Part shown: piece by piece, positions 11,757 to 22,596 of the stretch | How positions within the stretch are numbered: the stretch's first letter is position 1 | Layout of the letters: the number at the start of each line of letters is the position of its first letter | Assembly (NCBI GenBank): GCA_047495785.1 | Contig: JBLDXI010000032.1 | Span: forward strand, 682,001 to 746,000 | Length of the DNA: 64,000 bases | Origin: Lepidodermella squamata | Taxonomy: Eukaryota; Animalia; Gastrotricha | Reading direction: 5' to 3' | Position numbers and translations under genes: made by a program | The notes under the pieces: model-generated | The model's database searches: none | The model's input: the letters and a program-made list of their open reading frames with translations, nothing else | What the model was told of the DNA's origin: nothing

Positions 11757-11829
11757 CGCCGAGACCCGGGATCGAACCAGGGACCTTTAGATCTTCAGTC
11801 TAACGCTCTCCCAACTGAGCTATCTCGGC
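11757..11829 (-). tRNA. tRNA-Phe(GAA)
   Basis: GCCGAGATAGCTCAGTTGGGAGAGCGTTAGACTGAAGATCTAAAGG...; complete cloverleaf. Confidence 0.95.
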
Positions 11830-12402
11830 TTGATGGCAAAAGGTAGTCACTTTCCGCTAAATTTCAATTTTCATAATCGCAGAAAAAATAAATGGCGCGT
11901 GTCGCGTGCTCTTTGAACCAACCAATCACAGACTTGAAACCATCCGACCAATCAGATAATTGTGGATTCACTGGTTCCACCAAGATCAATTAAGCTAATT
12001 TCAGATGTCAACAATCAGTACGGCCTCTCACCTCATTTTTGTTACCAGTTGCTGAAGATTATCAATTACAGAATTAGTTAAATTTACATCGTAACAATAA
12101 TAGTTCAGCATAGTTTAAGGAGAATGGCAATTCGCGAGGTTTGCATGGCCACTGGCGTTAAGGTCGCGGGCGTTAGGGTCCCGAGCTGAGGAGTCGCGAC
12201 CTATTTTCAGATTCAAATTATTTGGAAATTATTATTAAGAAATTCGGAAAAATAAGTATTAATTCTTGGCCGAAACGTCGTGAGCTGAATAGTCGCTGGC
12301 TGAATAGTGAATAGGCGTAAAAGTCGGGACGCAAAGTTCCCCAGCAGAATTGCCGGGACGGAAATGTCACACGACCAAAAAAATTAGTTGGTCAAATTAG
12401 TA

Positions 12403-12500
12403 GCTCAACATTTATCACATCCTATCTCCCCGTTTCCAATAGTCCTGAGTCGACAGAATTTGGAGGGCCATCCACAATGACGTGAAGCCCATACTTTTCC
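12403..12500 (-). pseudogene. Internal fragment of the P-loop NTPase gene
   Basis: Near-identical to ~4727-4823 (KYGLHVIVDGPP...ETGR.DVINVE). Confidence 0.75.
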
Positions 12501-12525
12501 GTACTTTTCCCATACTTTCCCATAC

Positions 12526-12647
12526 CATTCATCGTTTTGATATGTAGCAGTGATCAGTCAACAATTTGGATCAATAGTACAGTAGTACAGTGTGTAAAAA
12601 TAATAAAGATAATATTAAAAATTAAAACAAAATCTCAACAACTTCAT
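12526..12647 (-). repeat. LINE 3' UTR fragment
   Basis: Near-identical to 5997-6107. Confidence 0.75.
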
Positions 12648-13120
12648 ACGAAGCCGAAGTGCAGGACAGGCCGCCAGTGCCAATCAACGCGGTACAATCC
12701 GGCTAAGGAAATATCGAGCGGAACGGCATCACTTCCGGAAGGCCTCGATTTAAGCTCACCTCAGCTAACAAAGGAGCAGAGGCAACGACTCGAAGCTCTT
12801 CTTCGCGAGTACAGCGACATTTTCTCGAAAGGAAAGCGAGATTTGGGCAAGTGCAGCAAGGAACGGGAAGTCATCCGGCAAGAAATTGACGAGATGCTCG
12901 AAGCAGGCGTCGTCGAACCCAGCACGAGCGGATGGGCCAGTCCAATCGTTTTGGTCCCCAAAAAGGATGGTACGGTGAGGTTCTGTATCGATTTTAGACG
13001 GCTCAATTCTATGACAGAAAAGGATGCTTTTCCGTTACCCCGGATCGACGACACCCTTGACGCCCTGTCCGGAGCAGCCTGGTTCAGCGGGATCGACCTT
13101 GCATCCGGCTACTGGCAAGT

Positions 13121-15170
13121 GGGTCGCGTGTTTTTGATTCACGTCGACCCAACCTAGACGGCGTCTCAATGGTTCGGGATCAGCCAAGGGATGTGCACCG
13201 CAAATGACACGAATGGCCCGATCTTGAGTTGATTGCAATTTGGCTAGCGAACTCGGCGCTGCCTGACCCAGCGTGATGTCACCGTAATTCAAATGACTAT
13301 TCGTAACACAAGCCCGTTGGCCATCATAATCGCCGTCTTTCTATCGACAAACTTGACGGCCAAGCGAAGGGCGTATAGCCCTCTTCTCGCCTTGCTCTTG
13401 GCACTCCTTATTTGTTTCTTGAAGTCTGTCGTCGATGATAAATCCGAGAGTTATCATTTCATTTGACGGTTGGACAACCGCATCGCCGATAGTGATAGCG
13501 AAGTTTGGAGCCGAAGGAACGGCGCACTTGAGTATCATAAATTGAGACTTCTTACCATTGACAAGTAGAGAATTGTTTGCCAACCACTTGCAGACCCGGT
13601 TCATTTCATTTTGTAATTCATTGTAATTCAATTCATTGATATTACGGCTTGCAAAGTAGATCGTGATGTCGTCGGCGTATTGTTTTATTTTGCAATGCGT
13701 AACAACCGACGGTAGCTCGTTTACGTAAACAGTGAACATCAATGGGCCGAGAACGGATCCCTGCGGCACTACATGATGTATTGGTTCAAAGGATGAAAGT
13801 TCGCAATTGACCTTTGTAGCCTGTCTTCGATTGCCCAGATAACTCCGCAAAAGTCGAATCGCTTGTTTCGTCAGGCCTGCACTTCGGAACAATTCAAGAA
13901 TACCCTCGTGATTGAGAGTATCGAAGGCTTTCGAAAGATCAATCGACATGGCTCCAACGACGAACCGCCTTTCTTCGGTTTTGGCCTGAAGTCACCAATG
14001 ACTCGCCAGATTTTTCGCGGATCTCGCCCGGCATCAGAAATTCGCTTTCGGTATTTTGCCCGTCTTTCTTTCCGACGCAGTCTTTGGCGTTGACGTCGGG
14101 AGAGATTTGGGTCCATATTCGTTCGATGTTTCTTCCTCATGTCAGGTTTTTTGACGATCAATGGCGCAACTTCGTTTAAAACCTCTAGTAGATAACATTT
14201 AAGTTTCTGCCATAGACCTTCGCAATCTAGCGCATCGCAATCCAAATTGGCGAGTTTCTCTTGTAACCGGCAATTCAACCTACCGAGTCAACACCACGCA
14301 GATCACGAATAAGGCGAACGTTCGATCGGCTAGGTTTCACGTCGCCTTTATCACGAATAACCATGGCAGTCCCGTAATGGTCGCTGAGACCAACAACTGA
14401 GCCACTCTCTGCTATTTCGAATACAGGAATGTTGGACCAATAGTGATCCAGGCATTTGCCTGATGCAGGTCGAGTAACTACGTTCGAGTAGGCTGGTTGC
14501 ATACCGAAGTCGCCGAAGACCTCCCGTATAGCCGCCGCCACTTTCGGGGTTAACAAAAATTCCAATTGAAGTCACCTGTGATTACATGATAATCGGCTTA
14601 GGTAGACATGCATTCTGTCAGAAAGTGTTCGAGCTCGTCCGCATCGCTATTAGTAGGGCTACGATAGATCGCAGTAAGAGCCAATCGCTTCCCGGACGGT
14701 AATTGGATGACGCATTGTAAATTTTCGATTGTTTTAGAGGGTATAATTCGCTCGGAAAATACTTTGTAGGCCTTATAGATAAGCACTCCGCCGCCGCCAG
14801 CTCTTTTCTGATTCCGGCCTTTCCAGAAACATTCGTAACCTAGATACGGGTCTTTGAGACCGGGATTAGGCGAAAACTCGTCCTCGACGTGGCTAGGGGT
14901 GCAACCATCGGGTATTTTTGTTTCACCCAGAAGTATAGCCATCGGGCGGATGACCTCTGCGAATTCTGCTAATTCAGGCAGTTTTTCGACAGTCAGCAGT
15001 CCATTAAGATTAGCGTGAAAGAGAGCGTGAAGGTCAGATGAGAAGCGAGACTCGACTAGATCTGTATGTTCGAGTGTCGGCGGAGCCATTTCCGCAACAG
15101 TTTCCGGGGGACCGGGATTGGGCGCGATTCCAGATATCAATAGAAATATCATAATCGTTGCTCTTTGGCG
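13121..15170 (-). mobile_element. L2/CR1-clade LINE ORF2 (APE endonuclease and RT), frameshifted, inside the Gypsy pol
   Basis: APE motifs HANLNGL, LGETK, GGGGVLIY, AIYRSP, LDH, LSDH; RT motifs IDLSKAFD, PQGSVLGP, QYADD. Confidence 0.9.
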
Positions 15171-15704
15171 CGTAAGCTGACGAAACGGATTACGAGAATT
15201 GAAGGAGAAGAAAATTGCGTACCACTCATGGGTGATGGTATCAAGGCTTCGACCGTCATGAATCGAAGGGGCACCGTTGTCACAGACGCCGTTACCATGG
15301 AAACCGTTGCTAAGCATACCGCAGGCTCTGCAAAACCGCGTGCTTCAAAATCTTCATAAGGATGTACACGCAGGACACCTGGGATTTGACCGCGCACTGG
15401 ATCGAGTTCGTCAGCGGTTCTACTGGCCTAAGATGGAAGAGACCATCGCCGACTATGTTCGTAATTGTTTGGAATGTCAACAGCGGAAGGCTCCAATTGC
15501 TCACCCGGTTGCACCTTGCACCCTTGCAGCCGATTGATACAACCGAACCAATGGCGTTGGTAGCCTGGGATGTCATGGGCCCGATCCACCCTACATCAAA
15601 GAAAGGAAACAATTATATTTTATTGATTGGCGACTATTTCACGAAGTATATAGAAGGGTATCCACTAAAGAATATTACCGCAGAAACGGTAGCCGATTGT
15701 CTAT

Positions 15705-16818
15705 TACATAATCTTCCCGCATGTGGTGCGTGACAGTGCGGGTGAATGAGTGCGGGATAATCTCCCGCACAATCCCGCAGCAAGTCCCGCACCATCGCGC
15801 AGTAGTGCGGGATCGATGCGTGATACAGTGCGTGATAGGTTCCAGCACCATCGCGCACTGATCCCGCACTATATCCCGCACTATCCCGCACTGTTCCCGC
15901 ACAAGCCTCCCGCACTATCCCGCACAGGACGTCTGAACTATCCCGCACAAAAACATCCTTAAAAATTACAAAACACAAGAGCGGCACCGGGATCCGAACT
16001 CGGTACCCAAGCGACGCTAGCGCCGCCAAACCAACTACACCACCGACTCCGCTGTATCGAGAGAGCCGTTTTTGGAATATAAGCCGATTGCAAAGTTACG
16101 GGATGGAAAATAGTTAAAAACAGCTAGAGTCAACATTACTGAGAAACAGGTGTGGCAGTAAAGAGAATAGAAATGGCGTTTGGATTTGACACGCCAATTT
16201 GACACACTTTGCACGCAATTTCACAACGAACCAAGTATCGCCGGACAATAAATCTTATATCGGCGGATAGCCCTCGAAATTCTGTAGAAACTACCAGCGG
16301 CCGCTGTACAAATTCGCCGCCAATCGGGTCGATATCGGCTTCGGAAATCGCGATTTTGGCCTAGGCCGCACGCCAATTTGACACACTTTGCACGCAATTT
16401 CACAACGAACCAAGTATCGCCGGACAATAAATCTTATATCGGCGGATAGCCCTCGAAATTCTGTAGAAACTACCAGCGGCCGCTACAAATTCGCCGCCAA
16501 TCGGGTCGATATATCGGCTTCGGAAATCGCGATTTTGGCCTTGGCGGCACGTTAAAATGGTAACATGTTTGACATTGATATTGAAGTTTCCCGTGAATAT
16601 ATCCCGCTTATCGACTCCCGCACTCTTTTTGCGGGACCCTTTTTTTGTAGGTGCGGGTTTCAATGCGGGACTGTCCCGCACGCCGTCCAGCAGTTTATGC
16701 GGGCCTGTCACGCAGTGTGTGCGGGACAGACGCGCACACTTTCACCTTTCACGCACTTCATGCGGGTCTGTCCCGCACTCGTCACGCACTGTCCCGCACT
16801 AGTGCGGGAAGATGGTGT
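15705..16818. mobile_element. Non-autonomous TIR element inserted in the Gypsy integrase
   Basis: TIR core ATCTTCCCGCA / TGCGGGAAGAT; many TCCCGCAC subterminal repeats; two ~179-bp tandem units (16190, 16369); integrase reading DCL...YLDFVFRWG resumes across it. Confidence 0.82.
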
Positions 16819-18212
16819 ATATTTAGATTTCGTGTTCCGATGGGGGCGCAGTCAAGTCCTTTTGAATGACAATGGAAGGAACTTTGAAGCCAAGCTGATA
16901 AATGATATTTGCGCCATTCTGAGAACAAAGCATGTGCATACTACTCCATATCACGCTGTGGGCAATGGATTTATCGAGCGTATGAACAAAACAGTTCAGG
17001 ATATTATAGTCATGTATCTAACGCCAGCCACTCAATTCGACTGGGATGTTTACCTGCGATCTGCGTTGTTCGCGTATAACACAAGCACACACGAATCAAC
17101 GACGTACTCGCCATTCTACCTGATGACGGGACGGCATGCAAAGCTACCAATAGATGTTGCCATTCAAGAACCAGCACTCAGCGCCGAAATGCAACAGCGC
17201 AGTGAGTACGCGCAAAAAGTATACGCGCGCCTACGCACCGCGTTCAAAGAAACCCGAGATAAGCTGGCGCAGGCTAGGGCTAAGCAGAAGCGGCAATACG
17301 ACCAGGGTAGCAAAAACAGCGAGCCGTTTCAAGAAGGGGAACTGGTGTGGCTACATAACCCAGTAGTAAAGAAGGGGCAATCAGCTAAGTTCCACTGTGC
17401 GTGGCGCGGACCATATACTGTGGTAGCGCGCTACGGAGCGTTGAATTATGCTATCAGGCTTTTCAACGGTAGCGGGAAAGAAAAAGTAGTGCACCGGAAT
17501 CGGCTAAAGGAATATTGTGGCGATGCGCCAACACAGTTGGATAAAGTTACTACGTATGAGCTGGAGCAACAACAGCAGCGAACGGCAAAAGGCATCGCGC
17601 AAACCACGATTCAGAAAAAGAACCGCACACTACAGCTACTACCCGCGGATGATTATGAATGGGATTATGGCGGAGGCACAGAACTAATCTCAGCACCACA
17701 AGCACAGCCAGCGCCGGTGGTTCATAACGGCGCAAGAACGGTGAGCGCCGAGGAAGTACAGCGAATACTGGCCTATCAACCAGTAGTTCGAATCAAGCCC
17801 GCACAAATAATACAACCCGTTACGTATAGTCAGGCACTTAGTCAGAGCCTGGAGCCGGCAATCAGCACGCACACATCAGACGGAGCACCCAAGTACCAGC
17901 GACACAACGCAGGCCGCTAAGAAATCGGAAAATAGTAGCAACAGCAGCGCAAAACGGGAACTGCCAGATCGAGCAGCCAGGAGAGAGATTTGTTATAAGG
18001 AAAAACGAATTAATCAAGCCGAATACCGGGAAAACAAATGGAACACGAAGATAAGTGAAAGGCAGACCACCGAGAATGCATCAAAGTATTCAATCAAAAG
18101 ATGAATCGTCAGCAAGGCGTCTTTAAATAAAAATGTCCATGGAAAAGAGCCGGCGTGTAATCTTTTGATTGAAAGTACGTAAACACAGTTAAAAGGGAAA
18201 CGCATCGACGTT

Positions 18213-19198
18213 TTGAAAAAATTGTGTAATTACTTTAGCGCCGCAAAGACGGTATTAAAGGCCTTCGCGGCAATAGCCATGGCTATGGCTACTGTATACA
18301 TGGTATATCTGTCAAAGCATAAGTTTGAATCGGTGATTAAGGAAGCACAGACTATCGGTACTATAACGATGGATCCCGGAGAGGAATCGGCGTCGGGATC
18401 CGCGTGCTACTGCGAACAAGAGAACGTCGCGGAAATAATTAACTACTCAGAACTGGACAGAAGCAAGCCCGCCGCGGCAAGAACACAGAAGTGATACTGA
18501 TGAATGCCAGCGGAAATGGGCCCGAGGAGCAAAACGTGACAGTGGAACGTGAGCCAAGCCAGATAGAAGAAACAACAACGCTCCGTTACGAAAGCACTAC
18601 GGCGAGAGCCGCAGAAACAGATAAAACGGTGTTAGCTATCGTCAACTCACAGCGATGCAGCCACAAATTTTTAGGAAGTCGAGAATTTTACACCGCGGAT
18701 TGCAACGCCGAAGAAATGCCTCCTCGTCTGGATCCACATTTCTTGGTTCCGCATAAGGCCGATCTGGGCAACTCCACGTGGGGTGCCGCGGTAGGCTGGG
18801 ACGATGACGATGTGTCACTCGATCTGGATGAGTTGGACGCTATTATAGCACTGGCAAATTTGGGCGGGATACCAGAGCCGCAAGTGCTCGAACCTGGCCA
18901 CTGGAGCCAAGGGAACACCAACGGAGGCGCGTACCATTCAGGCCAGACGTCCCTGACTTCGTTGGGGGACGATATCAGCGTATGGCCGGAGCTCATAACG
19001 ACTTGGAGCGAACACTCCGGTATCGATGGGTGGTACGAGCTGGAAGCGGATGCCCGTAGCGAGGCCATCGAGACGTGGCTATGGAATCCCGCACCGCCTC
19101 AGCCAACAGAGCAAGTTCCACTCGATGAGCTGGAGGAAGAACGCCACCCGTGGAACAACTTGGGAAGCGGGTCGCCAAGCTCTTATTACCAGCTCTGA
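18213..19198 (+). other. Extra ORF(s) between Gypsy pol and the 3' LTR
   Basis: 93-aa ORF with a hydrophobic segment (VLKAFAAIAMAMATVYMVYL) overlapping a 235-aa acidic, Trp-rich ORF by GTGA. Confidence 0.45.
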
Positions 19199-21154
19199 CC
19201 AAACCTGCAAGTCAAAAGTAGCGGTTTATAAAAGGCGTACGAAACGAAGAGAAGTACTTAAAAAATGTAGCAACTGGGAAGCACCCCTACTGCCCGAAAT
19301 AAAATATAATACGCGGTTGAAAAATAATTCTCTAAATCCCCAGGAATTTATTGCAAGAAACTGTTTTGAAAGTCCAAGTACCTTGGTATGGCCTCCAAGC
19401 GCAAGACAGCGGACCTCCAAGTGAAGCTGTCAAAGATAAAGGGCGAGTGGATGCCAAGTAATACTGCCGAGGAAGAAATGAACACCAAGAAGAACACTGC
19501 CGCCACAAGCCATGTCGAGCGGGAGCCGGAATCAACATAAAAAACGAAGAGTATGTCAGAAAGCGTCGTCGTTTCGACCAACCCTGCACACGTTGTCAAC
19601 TTGCACGTATCGGCAACGAACGTGGAAGTGAAACTAGGTACCAAGGTGAAATTGGATACCGAATTGCCGACTCGACCCTTTTGTCAGGCCACCTGGTCCC
19701 AGTAGCCCAAGTGACAGCACGGCGGACTGGTCTATAAAACCTAGATGGTAAGTGAAAAAGTAATCAACTATAAGCCATAATTCTGACATATTCTGATAGA
19801 GAAAAGCGTGAAGAGCCAGAAATTCTAGTTATACACCTAGGAAAACATAGCATGTAAGTGTAGCAGATCGGTGAAAACGCATGAAAACCCGGTTTACACA
19901 CGAAGAGAAAAACTGTTTTTGCTGTGGGGAAAATTTTATTACATGACAGACGAATGAAAATATTTTTTTTTATACCTTTTTAAAAATAATATAATTAGTC
20001 AAAAATATTTTTAACACAGAATTATAAAATACATTTTAGCCGCAGGTTTGTCGGATTTTTGTCAAAAATCACGCGACGCGTTTTAGAAACCGGTAAACAT
20101 TTCGGGACGAAATGTAAAGTAACGTTGGAGGTGTAAAAGGACTCAACACCAATACGGATATCACTGTTTATTCTCATTTAAAATACGAGTAACCAGTTGA
20201 GAGCTTTATCACCTCAAACACGCAGTTTAGGTTTCTGCATACCCTGGCATCAATGTACCCTGGCAACAATCCAACTGCGAAGATGAGACTTGGCATTAAT
20301 CCAATGACGCATTTGACTATATAAAGTACAGGGTGTACTTTTTAAAACCGAACATCCTGCCGTAGTCGCGAAAAATAAATCTGCCGGCTATTTTACGAAA
20401 ATAATTTTACTAAAATAATTTTTTATCACTTTTATTAATAATTTTTAATTTTATTTTTAATTGCACGATGCCCTTGAATTTTAGCGCGAGTTGTCACGTC
20501 GACGCGTTCGTTTTTAAATTTTAGCAGTTAAAACGCCGGAAATAAGGGTTTTCGCGCCTGGTTCCTAAGGTAACCGGCAAGCGTGTAGCTCCTTGCCGCG
20601 CATCATTCAAGTCAGTTAAGCGAGCTAAATGTTTTAGCCGCGCCGTTTTTCCTTATTCCTTATTCTCAGTTTTCACTATGTGCTATACCCAAAACGGTAA
20701 AAAGGGCCATGAATCGCTCTTCCTCGCTGGTGAAATCTACCGCTAGGATCAATTAAACATCGGTGCAATGTGGTTTTCTGTTATCAGTAATAATGTTTAA
20801 GGTATATCAAATGATCCTGAATAGTCCGCGGATGAGAGATATACACCTTTATTCGGCCAAAATGCACTGCAAGAGGCTGTTTCGCGTTGAAAATGACAGT
20901 GATATCATGTAAATGGACGGAGTAGCTGGCGACAGCATGTCGAATAGGCGGAAACGTCGGGACGCAAAGTCCCCAGCGGAATTGCCGGGACGGAAATGTC
21001 ACACGACCTTAAAAAATTAGTTGATATAACGAAGTTTATATTCCGGTATTACTATGCTACAAAAATAAATAAAATCAAAATTTGAAATTTTGTTTGGTTT
21101 CCAACAAATAATTATTTCCGGCAGCTTTGATTCTAGTTTATTCTAGTATAAATA

Positions 21155-22481
21155 TTAATTCAAAAGTTCCATTAATTTTTCACGTGTTGGTACTTTGGTT
21201 AGGTTGTGCCGAATAACTAGCCCGATTGCCGGAGTTGCAGGAACAAGAAAATGTTTTCCACTCCGATACACCTCGCGCAAGACGTTATCCGGATTTGGAC
21301 GCTTCAAATTTTCTGGCAGGGACAGCAGACCGGAGAGACGCTACTTCCAACGGGCTTTCATCCAGCAGTTTCAGAATTTCCCTTGTCTGAGGATACATTC
21401 GCTTGGAATTATCCACGGTTTTGATTGCCTCGACAATTTGATTTTCCAACGTCTCCCAAACGATATCTTCTTTTTCCCTGCCTCATTCAGCGTCGTTTCG
21501 TCGAGCAGTTTCAATATTGTGTTCATCTGCTTATGTTTCACCCTTGCAGAACCAACGGTTTTGATTGCCTCGACAATTTGATTTTCCAACGTCTCCCAAA
21601 CGATATCTTCTAACATTTTCTTCCCTGCCTCAGTCAATTTGCCGCTGCGGTCTCTTTCCGCGAGTGAATAGTTTGCGACAATATTCTCGTTTTGATGTGG
21701 GAAGCCTCCAAGCACTGACCATACTGCCAACTTCAACCCTTCAGCATCTAGATCAGCGAATAAAACATGAAATTCAGGAATCCTCCACATTTGGTCTTGA
21801 TCGTAAGGCTCAACATTTATCACATCCTGTCTCCCCGTTTCCAATAGTCCAGGAGGAAGCGTGTTCGGAGGGCCATCCACAATGACGTGAAGCCCATACT
21901 TTTCTGTTAGCAAACGAACGGCACCAGTAAGCTTTGCGTAAGGTTCCTTATCCTCAGGCGACCGTTCGCTAGCACGAATCACAAGAAATGGCGATTTTCC
22001 AGTCAGGCGCTTGAATAGGTGAATGGCCCACAGAGCGCGATATTCGTCGGCAAATGGCACTATCGTTACAGCACGCAAAGCTTCAAAAACGATAGTGTCA
22101 TGGTCAGTACCTGCAGGAATCTGTATAAAGAAGAAAAATGACAACAAATAAACTACCGCAGCAAAAAATGTTACTTACAACGCATTTAACTACTCCGCGT
22201 TTACAGCTTGTGAACGTGTCTATCAAACACGACTTCCCAACACCTATGGCTCCAGTAACAACGATGTAGCGTTGATGGCCCCAGGAGTAGTTTTGAAGCT
22301 GTTCAAGTTCTTTCGTCCTAATAGAGCGCGGACGCAGATCAGGAGACTTCATCAGCAGACCAAGTGTCGGCAGTAAAGAAAAGCCAGCTATTCCTACAAC
22401 ACTTCCAACAGCCCATTTGATGGATGGTCGCTGAAAGACTCGCGACACCGGTATCCAATATTGTCGCAGTTTCTTAAGCAT
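21155..22481 (-). pseudogene. P-loop NTPase copy 3, chimeric and frameshifted at the 3' end
   Basis: Intron 22178-22121; partial duplication of EDIVWETLENQIVEAIKT followed by a divergent segment at 21300-21415. Confidence 0.82.
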
Positions 22482-22596
22482 AACAGCTCTATAGGAAGCA
22501 GAAATTAGATGAGAATTAGATACAGAGAAATCCATTAATAAGAATAGAAGAAATCACCTTTTGCTACACTGTTTTGCTACATAACATGGCAGTATG

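Larger units (their letters stand above)
10597..11987. mobile_element. TIR-bounded element carrying a tRNA gene array
   Basis: ~113-bp inverted repeats (10597-10710 and 11875-11987, starting CATCTTAGTGGAACCAGTGAATCCACAATTATCTGATTGGTC); AA on both flanks as candidate TSD; interior is tRNA genes, remnants and spacers only. Confidence 0.8.
12648..20328 (+). mobile_element. Ty3/Gypsy LTR retrotransposon, 5'-truncated and disrupted
   Basis: RT start (PSTSGWASPIVLVPKKDGTVRFCIDFRRLN...IDLASGYWQV) to ~13120; integrase HHCC finger and core 15300-15705; integrase remainder with GPY motif 16820-17920; TTTCGGGACGAAA hairpin and purine tract before TGT at 20132 (3' LTR start); TATATAAA at ~20318. Confidence 0.88.

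Noticed and set aside
11393-11846. ORFs overlapping tRNA genes (also 61152-61692 and 62033-62315)
   Set aside because: Spurious translations of RNA genes.
16190-16550. CRISPR-like array (also the repeats at 650-830 and 33240-33550)
   Set aside because: Tandem or subterminal TE repeats without unique spacers, in a eukaryotic context with no cas genes.
16565-17920. 451-aa ORF as a real gene
   Set aside because: Its first ~85 codons lie in the inserted TIR element and read by chance into the Gypsy integrase.
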